A stretch of 64,000 nt of DNA from Amoebophrya sp. A120. Lineage: Eukaryota > Protista > Dinoflagellata. The stretch lies in assembly GCA_905178155.1 (NCBI GenBank), contig CAJINV010000003.1, forward strand, positions 9,059,979 through 9,123,978, given 5' to 3'. The notes under the pieces are model-generated. The model saw nothing but the letters and a program-made list of their open reading frames with translations. It was not told the origin of the DNA and searched no databases. This document shows, piece by piece, positions 1 to 12,950 of the stretch; within the stretch, counting starts at the first letter, position 1; every line of letters starts with the position of its first letter. Made by a program: the position numbers and the translations under genes.

Positions 1-178
1 TTTGCGCGCGTGGTCCATCCGCCCCAGTGTTTTGCGCGCGTGGTCCATCCGCCCCAGTGTTTTGCGCGCGTGGTCCATCCGCCCCAGTGTTTTGCGAGTG
101 AGGTCCATCCGCCCCAGTGTTTTGCGAGTGAGGTCCGTCCGCCCCAGCGTTTTGCGAGTGAGGTCCGTCCGCCCCAGT
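1..178. repeat. 30-bp GC-rich minisatellite, about 6 copies, truncated by window start
   Basis: Unit TTTGCGCGCGTGGTCCATCCGCCCCAGTGT repeats at 1, 31 and 61; variant units (CGAGTGAGG) at 91, 121 and 151. Confidence 0.95.
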
Positions 179-268
179 AAAGGGAGCACCGCGCTCAAGC
201 TTTAGACTCTGCGATGAGCGACCCCGCGCTCTACCCCGCGCGCCGTCGCCCCTCCTTCCCGTCCTCGC

Positions 269-1748
269 CTAGTTCTTCTCTTCCCCCCCCGCCCCTGCGA
301 CCGCACTATTTTCCCTAGAGATTCCTTCCCCCGAGCTAGTATTACTAGCCTCCGGGGAACAAGGAGGCGTTCGTCCGCCCTCCTGTCCTTTTTTCACGCC
401 GGCGGCCACGACCAAGTCGTCTGACTCTGAGCGCAGCTCCTCAAGGTAATGAATGCCCGGCGCCCCCCGACTATAACGTCCGTCCTCACAAAGGAAGATC
501 CGCAGCATTCGTTCCCTAGCAGCCTCATCGGCGGGAAGAGCAACCCGCTTACCAAGAACGTCTCCAAATTCGCGGTGTAGTAGAAGATGCAGATCATTCC
601 CCAAAAACCCGCGACACCACTATGCATTGCAAACGTGTCTGGGTCTGGAAACATGTAAACTTCTGATGCGCATTTTCGACCAGACAAAAATCTGTTATGC
701 ATGGACTGCAAAAGCTGCTCACTTCTTGTCCTCACTCAGAGAGGGAACTTGCCATGCGGATTAAGCATTGCGAAACAAGCTCAAAACCTGTGATGCTAGG
801 ACTTGCATGCCAGACATTCTCCGTCACGCATAAACAGCGCCACACTCTTCCAGACCCAGACATTTTTACATTTGATAACCACGGCTGTAACGCAATCTCA
901 AAAAGAACGTGTTGATCATGATCTTCACCTTCAGCTGCGGCTTCATCCCTGCTGACGGTCTTACGGTTGATGACCTCCTGCATGATCTGATCCAAGCTGC
1001 CAGCATCAGGTGGAGGTACAACATTCTGCGGTGAACCAGCACACGCGCCCTGCTCACTTCGAGATCTTCGGGTGGAGCATGATGGCAGCTGGTGGTGCAC
1101 CATCTGCAAGGAAAGAACATTTTTGCTGGCATCTGCACGGCGCGCCCTCGAGGACCACGTTCTTTCCCATGCCCTTCCTCGGGTCGTCCACCTACCAGGT
1201 GACAGAGCTTCGTCGGCAGGGCGCTCCTTGTTCGCAGTATCAGCTGTTGCCACAGCTGCACTTGTTGAACGAGGCTGTGTCTTTGCTTTCGAGAACGCCC
1301 ATTTTTCAGCCTCATCATCATCGCCTTCGTCTCGCAATATTAAAGCGCCAGTTCTCGCGTCGATGACTATGTAACCGTGTGCCCCCGTACTAGGTGAAGA
1401 CGTCTTACGTACTCTGAACGAATCCCGGTCGAGGCCGGTTCGTGTTTCTCCCAGACGAGAAAAGCTCCCGACCTCCACGACTTGGCCGCGTTGCTTCAGA
1501 CCCCGTATCAAAACCCCATCGCGAAAATGGCCTGTATGCACTTCCAACTGCGGAAACGTTTCCTCCTTGTTGGAGTAGTCCTGCTGTGCTTGGTCAAGAT
1601 GCACCGAGACGCCCTGACCAAGAGGCCCGAAAGACTGCGAAATGAAGTCCCCGGAGTGCATGCGGTAGAGGTCAGACGAAAAAACTACATCTCGTCCGTC
1701 TTTATCCAGCGTCATTGTCACTGTTACCTGCTCGGGACTTGAGCTCAA
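269..1748 (-). CDS. Hypothetical protein, at least 2 exons, 5' end uncertain
   Basis: ORF 732..1748 joins ORF 269..604 in frame (...EIALQPW-CRGFLGNDLHLLL...) after removing element 621-877 plus one ACCAC. No recognisable domain. Confidence 0.7.
621..877. mobile_element. Introner, TIR family A
   Basis: Left TATGCATTGCAAACGTGTCTGGGTCTGGAA pairs with right TTCCAGACCCAGACATTTTTACATTTGATA; perfect flanking repeat ACCAC (616-620, 878-882); interrupts an ORF. Confidence 0.92.
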
Positions 1749-2892
1749 TGACCGATGCTTCCCGGGGGCGAGGCAATGTTACTTCGTGGCGTCAACATCT
1801 TGCGCTGCGCGCTTCTTCAATGACGCCTCTGCGGCTCGTAGTAAGACGAATCATAGTTAGGTGGATGATGCTCATTTTTTTGCGAGCGAGTACTTTAACT
1901 TCTAAAGTTTCTCCTTGTTTTCTCACTGGGGCCGGCGCTTCCTTAGTTGTTCTGGATCGCAGCTTACTTAGAATGTATGGCCGCTGCGCTACGCTTCGGT
2001 CGTGGGAGACATGGTTGGCCTCTTCCCACGTGGCTCAATAGAACGGGGCAGGGAACGACGCATCGCTATGCACCACAGACAGCAGGCCTCCGCCGCGAGG
2101 ATCAGGACTACCAGATGGCGCCGCGGATCCTGCTCTGAAACGCAAGCATGCGCCCCACTACAAAATCATCACGCTCTTTGTCTTTGAGTAGAAGTTCTTG
2201 ACTTTCCTTTTATATCTAGTAAAAAAATACTGGTCAGGATCTGAAGGAACGACTACAAGGAGAAGGAGAGTGGTCGTTTTTCTTCTTCTTCAACAAAGCC
2301 GATGATGAAGATGATGATGTGGTGTCTTCTATTTGGCTATCCTAGCGCAAGTACTACAGATAGGCAAAAGTGTAGTTCCTCCGGCTAGAAAGGCAAAGGG
2401 TTACGATGCACTTTCATCATTTTCTTTCTCTGCCTCTATATCTATGAAGATCATGATCATGATGCAGATCTACTTATTGCTTGCGCTTTCGAAATCGAAT
2501 TATCGCAACGTTATATCTTCATTTCAGTGCTTCTTCAACTTCATGTAGCGAGCTTTCTGGACAAAGACAGAGAGGATCATGTTTGATAGGACAGAGGGCC
2601 TTCGTTAGATTATCTCTGGTGTGAAATTTTTGTAGTGCGGACCCAGAACAATTTCCTTGTTCAGAAAAGATTCAGTGAAATAAACTAAAGACCCGGACTA
2701 ATCAAACCAAACAAAAAAAACGTGCGGACCTCGTACGCGTACCGGCAGCACTAGCGCCAAAATCATGAAAGAGCTGAGCAGTCAATACGTGAACGAACTC
2801 CACCTATTGCGGTGCGACAGCGTGAGAAGTGGTCACTGGAGTGCTCGCTGCCCGCCAGCCCCTTTGGAAAGCTTTGCCTGCCCTCGGACGTC

Positions 2893-5118
2893 TCAGCTAC
2901 TATTGAGGTTTTCCACCAGTTCTCTGAGCCGAGCCTCCGGCAACGGGTTTACGGGCTCCTTTGCCATGAATTTCAGACATTCCTTGTTCAGCTTTTGGGA
3001 CCACTGTCGTGGAATGGAGGCTACCACTAGATTCACAGCGGCGCTGGGAATAGCGCCGCCAGGGTTGCTGTCGGTGATCACCCTCAAAAGCGTGGTGCCC
3101 GGCTTCGGGCCGGGCTCCAGAGTGTTGCCCGACATAAACACAGTCACGCGAACCTGTTTTCCCGTGGGAGGGTACGCGCAATCCCGACTGCTGGTGGAAC
3201 GCTCATAAGCGAGGTAGGGATACCTGGTTGCGTAAGCGTATACCACATTTTTTACTGCGTGTTTGCCAGAACACCTCAACAGTGGTTCGTTCAATTCAGT
3301 TGTACACGACTTAGCATTGATTTATTCATCAAAGGGTAACGATTAACGTATGAAAAGAATAAACATATCAAACGGGCGGCGCGTCTACCTCTACATATTA
3401 TATATAAATATACTGGAACGCCGGTGTGCATCTGGCCTCCCGAAACCGGATAATCTCACGATTGCTAAACCCAAACACCGGAGAGCGAATGACGACGCGT
3501 TCGATTCCTCGGTAGTAGTCACCTTCCAGCATTTCGTCCACCATAAAGTTGTCTTCCCAGGACATCCGCAGTTGGACGTTCTGAATGAGATGCATGACCA
3601 CTTCGGGAGGTGCGTGTATGATACTCTCCGCGAGGAAAAAAAGCACCTTCTGGACAGGTTGTTGCGTGTTGGTGGACGACGGCGGCGCCATGGAAGTAGA
3701 TGTAGACGACGAAGAGCCGCCGAGCTCGATGAACCGCTTCCACACTTTGCACTCTGCCTTGTCCAAAGCCAAGTTCCAGAGTCCTTGCCTTTCCTCTCTT
3801 CGAAATTTGTCCAAGAACTCCATAATGTAGCCGAGTTGCTACCGAAAGGAAAAACTCCCCCTCCCCATATTGACAAGGAACGTTTTCGAAAATTTGTGGT
3901 GCTGAAATGTGACCACGAACCGTCTCTGTGTTGCATGAAGGCGACTCCACAAGCTCCGCCGCACTCTACAGGCGGTTTGTCATGCTGTTGCACCTACAGC
4001 GTAGACGTCTGTCATGCAAAGCGCCTAGGCCAAAACCTGTCTACTCGTCGGGCTTAGTATGGTGCGCCTGCAGTCCTCGCCAGCAAGACAAATCTGATTT
4101 GTGTACGCAAATTGAGCATCAGAAACATTGTTTTGATATGGGGAGGGGGAATTTTTCCTTTTGATAGTTCCTCTTCCGCGTTCATGGGCGTCGCGAGCCG
4201 CTGGACCAATGGAGTTGCAATCATGTTTTCGAGGCTGCCGAAGCCCCCTCGGAAAGGGTGCAGTGGCAGCTTCGAAGGGAAGCCCTCCGCAGCTGTCGAA
4301 CATCCAATACCGCCGCTCCCTGCGAATATGGTGAAGAAAACGATATTTTTACGGGTAAGAGTTCAAAAAATGGACGGCAAGGCTAGGCAAATCGTAACTA
4401 ACCTACCAAGGGATACAAAATCTACAAAAATGCAATTTTCCCGGGCGAGACAGCTATCGGTCGGTTTGTTTTTTTGTTTAATAACTACCCGACTCCTCCA
4501 AAAAACTCGTAGATCCTCCAACCGCACTAAATAAATCTTGATCTACTTCCTATTGCGATTGCTGCAGAATTACCACAAACCGCCTGTAAATACTTCACAT
4601 TTTTGTTGCGCATGCGCATCGATATGATCACAATTATACTGCTGCACAACGCTGCTGCTGCGGGCCACTGCAGCAGTTGCAGTTGTCCGGTTTCGGTCGG
4701 CAGTAAATCTTCAAGTAGAACTAAAACTATGTCTAAGTATAAGTAGCTGAAGCGGTCAACATCAGTATACAGAAAAATATCGTCTACCAGACGAGCCAAC
4801 ATATTTACCGCCATCCTTTTCCGAATCCGAATCCTCTTCGCGCACCGAATAAAAAGGCTCCGACTCCTCGTCTTCCTCACGACGCACGCGTTGCCATGTA
4901 TCCACTGAAGATGAACCTGCCTGCGCGTACAGAGGACTATCTCGTCCTGCACTAGCATGTCGCCCTTGGAAAACCGACACTCCACCAGCACGGTGGCTTT
5001 TAGTTGCTACATACAACTGGTCCGCACCTCTATCGGGGCTACGACCTGGATCTGGTAGTGCAGACACCAATGCGGCCGAGTCGTAGGACTTTTTTGCGGT
5101 GCCGAAACAACACGGCAT
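2893..5118 (-). CDS. START-domain (StAR-related) lipid transfer protein, 4 exons
   Basis: START-like motifs: KVWKR, RMSWEDNF, SNREII, DSNPGGAIPSAAVN. Exons about 5118-4809, 4319-4167, 3834-3414 and 3223-2893; GT-AG introns at 4320-4808 and 3224-3413 plus introner 3840-4166, all joining in frame. Confidence 0.85.
3840..4166. mobile_element. Introner with its own TIR type (TAC...ATA ends)
   Basis: TACCGAAAGGAAAAACTCCCCCTCCCCATAT pairs with ATATGGGGAGGGGGAATTTTTCCTTTTGATA; flanks GTTGC/GTTCC; removal gives ...MNAEEE-LGYIMEFLDK. Confidence 0.88.
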
Positions 5119-5985
5119 CCCACATCTGTAATTGAAAAGCTAAAGCAGTCGAGCAACACTAGTGATCTACCCCTGTATCTGTTCGCGTGCCCAGGCTACT
5201 TGCCCTGCTTTTGGTTGAAGATATCTTCGCAGGCAAAGAAGTAGTGGCGGTCTTGGTTGTGTCAATATCGACGCCGTTGTTCTCGAGAACGCGAACCCGT
5301 ATCATGCCAAGGGGTTCCGACACGTCTATTTCATCTCTGGGATGTTGCGAGCGCAAAGTTCCCACCTGAGAAAGCGACTATACTGTCCAGGAGTGTTCTG
5401 AGAAATGAAACCGAGAAACAAACAATGCGACAAGCATTTTCAATTTCATCTTCATGCAGATGCGGAGGTAGAAAATAAACAGCAAAGCGCCACACGAGCA
5501 AGCCAATTAATTTAGATTTACGCGGATAGTCGGTCCTCCAATAATGGTGGATCTGGATACGGATAGTGGTCATGCTGTGTAATCACTCAAGGCTATCCTA
5601 TCCCTCATGAGGCGTTGATATCGTTTTACTCGTGTACGAAGTGCTCTCCTCGTGCGGACCGAATGGACCAGTATCCATGCCCGCAGTTGCGTTCGCTGGC
5701 CGAACATCACGAGTTACCCTTGCTGCACATCTTGCAGTTGTAGAATAAATTTACAGTCTCCCATAAAACGGCCATTGTCTTCGTTCTTCTTCTTCGTCTT
5801 CACTTTCACTTTCACCGCACGAAAACGGTTTCAAATTCAATTGGAATTGGTTAAAATCGGCTATCTCGCTAGTACAGGGTAGTCTTCTAAAAAATTCTGG
5901 GCTAGATTCCGGTCGTCTGACGGAACATCAAGACGGCCGGAAGCTTCATCGGTTCGAAGACGACAGCACCAACCAGTGCTAGCTG

Positions 5986-7777
5986 CTAAGTAGCATTGCT
6001 CGTGCTGCCACCTCGGGATGTGGAGCGCATTCGCTTGGTGGTTGCTTGGAGGTCGAGCTTCAGCCGCGGCAGCGGTCTTGGAGGCCCGGCTCGCGTCGAT
6101 GCCACCTTGGTGGCGTTTGTGCTACTGGTATGGAACGTCGAGGGCGGATCAGCTTGTGCTTCTGAAAAAGGCACAGGAACAGCAGTTGCCCTCCCTCCGC
6201 CCGAATATGACGTGCCTGCTGCCGCTACAGCCGCAGTTGTGTTTTGAGGTCCGTAGCTTCTCTTTTGCGGGCTAAATTTGTTTCTATCTGCTGTGCTTGT
6301 CGAGGACGCCAGCATTGCGTGTAGGACATCAAGAGACGGCAGTGCACGCCGCGGTGGTAGTAAAACTTGTTTTGTGTTCGACTCCTGAGAGCCCTCCGGG
6401 GCTTCATCACTTTCACGACAAGCAGACTGCTGCAGGTGGTCCTCATCTCCTCGCCCGAGTCGTGCTCCACCTCCTCGCGGCTTGATCTTCACGGTCGCGT
6501 CATCAAAAAGTTCGGCGTGCGCCGCTTTCTTGTTCCGTTCTGCGGCTGTTGCGCCCGAAGGAACTACGCCAGACAAGGCTGTCTCGTCGCCGAAACTACC
6601 GGAAATGGAGACGACCGCAGCCGCATCGTCGGAAAGCTCCTCAGAACGCACCAACTCGGGCGTTGGTTCGACCGAGTAAGGCGTGAAGCGAGTTTTTCCG
6701 GCTTTTGTACGTCGCTCGATCACAACGTCCAAATGCTTTGTCATCTTTTCCAAATCCAGAAATTGCTCCTGCTCGCACTGCTCTGGTGCCATCTTCTGCG
6801 CGCGAGGACCCTCTCTTTCCCATTCGCCAGACGTAGTTTTTCCGTTCTCTTTTTCCGCAGCGTTTTTCTTGTCGTCGATTCTTGACCTTGCAGACGAGTC
6901 GAATTGACTCTGTCCAGTTCCTAGGTCTGGTGGAGGTGCAGTCATCAATATTGGTTCCTCTGTAATTTTTGCCCCAATCTTCGTCGAGCTAGAGGAGGCG
7001 CTGAAAGCTCTTTTGAGTTCAACCGAGAGAAACCCCTGCTCCCGCACCACGTCACCTGCCACCTGCTGCGATGTGTCGTCTTTGTCATCTTCTGTGGTGT
7101 TTTCGCGTAGTGGAGGGCTGATGAATTGTTCACCAGTTCTTTTGCATTCCGAAGACACCGCGGCGGGCTGTCCTGTCGTGGTCGTGGTGCCTGTTGTATC
7201 TTCACTACAAGTACGGCCAAGGTCGAACGAAGGAAGCCTGTGCATTGTTGCGCGCCCCCCAGCTCTGCAATTACTCGCGCTCGGGTTGATTTGTCTCGAT
7301 TCGGACGACATTGCGCCGCCGCCAGTGCTTGTACTACTTCGTGGCAACACGGTTCCGGGCACGACGGTTTGTGCTGATGTGGAGAGGTGCAGCAGATTTT
7401 TCACTGTCGCTGGGTTCGGCGTCGAAAATGGCTCCGCGGCTGCAGCTCCGCGCAACATTGAGGCGACGCTCAAATTATGTGCCATTCCCGTACCATTCGC
7501 AGCGACAGGGAGTGGATGCGCGTGCGCGGCGGGATGGTACTGGTGCAGCGGCGTCCCACCGGCGCTCGGTACTCGCGGAGACCGTATCCAGGGGGTAGAC
7601 GCCTTCCGCTCCATCGTACTCATGGCGCAATGCTTTATCAAATCCTCCGACAAATTTTTCTGCCAGGCCGCATACTGGCGCAGGCCTCGTACCTCGTCCA
7701 ACACCTGCTGTGCCTTGCTGGACAGGTCATCAGGCAGTATCCCTGGTGGAAGGGCCGGCAAATTCGCCAGAGACGAC
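5986..7777 (-). CDS. Low-complexity exon, probably the C-terminal tail of the kinesin
   Basis: 591-aa ORF with no ATG start. A candidate GT-AG intron at 7778-8031 joins it in frame to the kinesin (SSDP-SSLANLPALP). It could instead be a separate gene. Confidence 0.55.
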
Positions 7778-7997
7778 CTGGAGTAATTGATGTACTAGCT
7801 GTACTGACCGTGAGAATTTCGCATCATTCAGGGGAAGGTCCAAGCAAATGGTGATGTGAAAAGCGAAATTGCAAAACTACGATAACAGCCTCATCTGCCA
7901 TCGATCATCTCAAGAACACATGGTTTTGATTGAGAAGCATATGCGTAGTGCCACACGAGGAAAAAAATGTACAGCTAGTCCATATGCAAAGGCATAT

Positions 7998-10771
7998 CTA
8001 AAGGCATAGGCAAAGGCTTCTACAGTAGTACGGGTCGCTACTGGTTGCAACTTCGACTGCGTCCAGAAACTGTGACACAAAGGCTTTGGGGTCGGATGGA
8101 CCCACGGACGAAGATGCAGCTGACGCCGAAGCCGTCGCAGTGGCCATCGCGGCTACCTCGACCTCCTTGAACTTGATGTAGTTGGGGGCGGCAGCAGTAG
8201 TAGTGGTAGAACTCGTTGTGCAACTGTGGCCTGCAAGAATCATTGTAGGCGCTGGACCCGAATTCGATCGCTCGGTTCGTGGCGAGGGCGGGCTCGTTAG
8301 AAAAAGAGCCGCCGACGATCCAGCAACATCGTCTTCCAGCAATGTCCGCTGATTTGGCGAGGAGAGAGGCGAAGGCTGCAGATGAGTCGGCATGCTAGAA
8401 GCGGGCTGCTCTTCTAACAGCAGCGTCTTTCCAACGTTGAGCTCAAGCGTTTTATTCAAGGTTGAGTTCGGGTTGGTGGCCTGCGTCGTCCTCGAAGTGT
8501 TCTGCTCTTCTTCCTTTTCATCGAGACCGGCGTCGGTCTCAGCAGGAGCGAGCCTCGCGACTTCAGCTCGGCGATTGGTGCTGGATCTCCGTATGTGACG
8601 AGCACGATTAGTCAGGATCTCCTCAGTAGAAATGCTGCCGGAAGTAGAAGATTCGCAAGGTTGTATTCGACGCAACATTTCTCCTGCCGCCTCTTCCTCG
8701 TTCGCTTGCGCCCTGCTGGTGCACCACCGTCCGCTTGCTGTACTGGACGTCGCTCCGCCGCCGGCTGCGGCTGCCCCTGGCTGTGGCTCCTGCTGATTAT
8801 TATAGAGAGCAAGGGACTCAACCATCTGCTGCAGTTGGCTTTTCTCTTCGCGCAGCTTGAATACCTCAGCGCGCAGCAGGTTTACCTCCTCCCCGCTTCC
8901 ACTGCCCCCCCCGGCGCGTCCATCCACCAAATTACCTACGCGGCTGGGTCGTCGCTGCACGATCTTTTTGCACCGACTCGCAAATCCAAGCGTGCTGACA
9001 GTCTCGGAGACTGCATGCTGTTCCCGCGCAACGGTGCACAAGATCTTCACGTGACTCGGATACCGGATCGCGTCCCAAAGTAATTTCGTCAGCTTGCTTT
9101 CCCGCCAAGGGATGTGCGCCTTTTTTGCTTGTGATAGACTGTTCACGACGTTGCCCAGCGCAGCGAGGCTTGCGTTGATGGATTTCGCTTCCGTCAGTTT
9201 TCGCTCGTGGTGCCGCTCGCCCAGCAGCCCCGCGCCTACGTTCGAACGCTCGGACCCAGCTAGGTCCACTAGAACCAAGCGTGACCATTTGGCAGGCGGC
9301 TCTTGCTTTCCCTTCCTGCTACGCATGTCGTGGTGGGTAGAAGTGTTGATGCCATTTTCCGTAGCGGCGTTTATTGCGTCTGTTGCAAGCGTGTTGTAGC
9401 CACTCGCGACGCTCCCGGTTTCCACCAGATGATCGTAGTTCTCCGGCTCAGTCGCAGCAAGATTGGCAGCATTGTCTTCGGCGCTCGTATCGTCACCAGC
9501 ACGGTGCCCGCTGGCGCTCGCCAGCGAAGCCCGCGAGGACGGCGGCTGACTCGGACAGCTTGTTGCCGACCCCATGTTCTTGACACTGCCCCCGGACGGC
9601 GGCGGCGCTGCCGACACATTTTGCTGGGTGTATCCGCCTCCGTCCTCCCACTTCGCAGCAGCAGGTGCGGCTCGCGGACGTACGTGTAGAGTCAGCAAAA
9701 CGTGGGAGCGGGAGGACATGTGCTTTGTCAACCCGAGCAGTGCCAGCTCATCTGCTTGCGCCAGTTGGGAGGAGTGCGTCTCTGGCTGCAGCAATTTCCC
9801 CGCATACTGTGCGAGAGGCGTGCCCGCACTAGTGCGCAGGTGCACCTCGCCCACGTAGCGGTTGCGCAGTGCCAGCTCCAGAATTTCGCTTGCATCTTCG
9901 TAGGAGTCGACCTCTACGAGGGTGCTGCCCTCCACCATCACACCCAGCTGGGGCACCTCTCGCAGCTGCAACTTCTTGCCGGCGCAAAAGAGGTCATAAA
10001 CCTGGTCGAGGTAGACCTGCAGAAATTCTAGTCGAACTTCCAATGCAGCTGCCCCTCGTGCGCCGCATCCCCGCAGATCTGAATGCGGGTCAGCACGCCG
10101 CAACAGCTCACTCAAGCAGTACGGCATTACGCCCTCCGCCTGTCCGCTCTCTAGTCCCATTGTATGCGTCTTCCCACTCCCCGTCTGCCCGTAGCATAGT
10201 ACCGCGCCTGTGTCGCCACTAGCTACCTGAAGCAGATACGCCAAGCCAAAGGTCGCGGATGGGAAGGAAGCGACGCATCACGAAATACTTCTCTCGAAAG
10301 AAAGCAATGTGTCACGAGCAATTTAGAACAAAAAAGAAAAACTTAAACTTTAACTTTTGGCTTTGACATGTACATGATACGTTGCATTATAACCGAGAAC
10401 AAGAGATGGTACTGAGACAGAATATTTATACGTACCTGCGTGACAAGCTGCCCGACAAACTGCTGGGCTACTTGTTCGTTGGTGCTTCCGGCGTCGAACA
10501 CGTAATCGAACGCGTAGTCCCGAAATTGCTGGCTTATCGGGGATTCCACACGTACGGCGCGCTCTTCGGCGAAAACGAAGGGAGTGCGGCTCGCGTCTGC
10601 GCATGGCTTCAATCTGACGCCGACCTGGACCGTCGTGGTCGTTGACGTGCTACTGGAGGCCCTGCCCGTGCCTGCCAAAACGGACGCCGTAGTCGAGGAC
10701 GCGATACTGGCGCTGCTCCCCGCGCGCTCGCGACCACCCCGCAAGGTGCTCGTGGAAGTGCTGCTTCTCAT
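7998..10771 (-). CDS. Kinesin motor-domain protein
   Basis: VQVGVRLKP, YAFDYVF, P-loop GQTGSGKT, switch I SSRSH, switch II DLAGSER, HIPWRESKLT, ETVSTLGFASR, then coiled coil. GT-AG intron at 10227-10435. Confidence 0.93.
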
Positions 10772-11200
10772 GATGTTTGATGGAGGACAACCCTTTATTT
10801 TGCGTCACGACCACCCGGAACGATAGCACTCTACGACAGCTCTTCTTCGAACGAAAAAACAATTTTTGCTGCAGAAGAACGATTGTCTGATTATATTAAG
10901 TACTTCTACTTTAATTTTTTCGCTCCTCGTGAGCAATCATGGTCGTGTAGTGCATTCCGATAGTACTTCTCAGGGTAGGGAGTAGATGAAACAACTACAA
11001 CGCCGGGAGAGATAAAACAAATAACAGCCAACGTAAAGCTTCAGTCACTTTCTCCACGACGCGAATGTCTGTACACATGGCACATCGCACTTGGGGCTAT
11101 CTGGTGAACAAGAAACCCACATTAATTCACTGTTGTCGACTCGAGTTGCGACGTACTTGGTTGCGTTCGCGGGCTCCGCAGCCTCCTGATGCCAAAAATG

Positions 11201-12895
11201 TCACTCGTTTGAAGCGGCGAAGTCGATAGCGTGTTTCGAATACCAACTCGCAAGCAAATCGGCCTCGACCCACTCCTTGTTTGTGTCGCGATTCTCAAAC
11301 ATGTGCAGTGTGCTGTCGGCCTCCGCGAGAGACATGACGACGAACTTGAGCGGTTCTTCATCAAACTCCTCGTCAAGTACTGACGTGCTGCTCTCAACAT
11401 CATAATTGTCAACATTCGGACTAGTAGAGGTAGTTGCACTTCTCGCTGTGCCACCAGTGTCTGGAGGTTCTTGCGTCGAAGCGGCTGCGGCTGCTGCGAG
11501 TCGACCACTAATAGTGCTGGCTATGGTCCTCGTGCTGGATCGCGTTCTCCTACTATTTGCCACCAACTGCACCGCAGCACGGATGGCATTTCTAACCTGC
11601 TCCACGTCTTTTTCCTCGACGGCCAGTATGGCGCGGATGTTCAAACGATTGGCCCACTTTTCGCAACGCATCAGCATGTGCAGTTCGGTGTGGAGAAGCC
11701 GTCGCTTGAAGCCCGCCCAGGTTGTCAATTTGAATCTCTCCTTGAAGAGCAAGCTCTGGTCGTCCGCAGCCCCATGCAAGTCCACCACATCGGCCAAGAC
11801 CATAACCGGCACACTGCCCGGACCTAGATTGCGAGACAGATTGGTCACGGCAGTCGCATTGGCCTCGCGCGCAACCCCACCGAACCGGTTCTGCCAGCCG
11901 TGGGCAGCGCGACCGGCGTTCTTCAATGCGTATTGTCTTGAAACGTCCCACATTTGTACGTTTTCGCCTTTCCCCGTGCACCGGGACATCTTAAAAGAGA
12001 GCGGCGCCGCTATCCTATAGTTAAAACGTGGCTCCCACCCCAGGAGAGTCAAGATCGATGAGAACTTTGCGAACACAAATCTTCCAGATGAAGTTTTAAA
12101 GCCTGTTCTTGCGCATGAGCATGACAAGTTGGGGCTCTACTCAGTATGCTGGTTGTGTTTGGCTAGTGCAGCCGCATCAAAAATCGATCATCTTATCTTC
12201 AGTAGAGCATCTTCACAAGTTCTCACATAGCATTAGATAATGGCCGTTATTATGTTGGGGATGCGCATGACAAACATTCTACTTACTAGATATGTTTCTT
12301 TAGCTTTTTAATGCATATATTGCAGTGCAAAACTAAAATAGCAGTTTAAGTAGGTCACTGCACCACGTAGCTGGAGCGAACTGCGAGAGGGTAAGATGCT
12401 TAGCCTGTAAATTTGATACAACTCTGGGGTGAAAAGGACGTTTGTGCACTACATGATAGAAGCGGCCACAACGAGCTCGCGGTTGTCGAAAGTCCTGCTG
12501 TGGCCCTTCCCCAAGTTGGACGCTCCGGACATCTGCGCCCGCTCACCACCAGCATAGTCAATCCCCTTTCGTTCGAGGAACAGGGTTCCGCTCAGCTGCG
12601 CGTTGGTAAAGAGAATCGCAGACACTACGTGGTAAATGGCTACCCCGGCAAGCGCCCAAGGCCGCGGAAAAGCCAGGTCCGCACTTTTGGGCCTGACCAG
12701 CTCCAGAGCCCGACTCGTAACCGGAGGGGAGTGCGCGAACATGTCGCTCTCATATTCAGTGTATAGGTCCACCACTCTTTGCACAGTAGCATTTATTATC
12801 CGGGAGTGCGCCAGAGGTGGAAGCCGGGAGTGCGCTTGCATGGTTGAGAACGCAAGTGAGTAGTATTTGTCGTCCAGGTATGGCGGACATCGCAC
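11201..12895 (-). CDS. Hypothetical protein (3' exons, probably the same gene as 14662-15941)
   Basis: ORFs 12449..12895 and 11201..12127 join in frame (ELVVAAS-PLSFKMSR) after removing element 12011-12458 plus 5 bp. Confidence 0.65.
12011..12458. mobile_element. Degenerate introner, family B-like
   Basis: TAT...ATA ends; decayed TIR (CCCACCCCAGGAGAGT / ACTCTGGGGTG); flanks GCCGC/GAAGC match 3 of 5; frame restored on removal. Confidence 0.65.
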
Positions 12896-12950
12896 AAAAA
12901 AAACATTTCTGCTTCACTGTAGTATGAAGGTCGCGCCCGGAGGGCGATAT

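Noticed and set aside
1-178. CRISPR array or coding repeat (ORF 2..205)
   Set aside because: The units are contiguous with no spacers and the context is eukaryotic; the ORF follows from a stop-free 30-bp unit.
4327-4803. Introner relic inside START intron 1 (TAT...ATA with an 11-bp inverted match)
   Set aside because: No flanking repeat, element + 5 removal is out of frame, and a clean GT-AG intron (4320-4808) explains the junction.
5159-5365. Small ORF preceded by a TTTCTCAG acceptor-like site
   Set aside because: It could be a terminal exon of the upstream gene, but I could not identify a donor or any homology.
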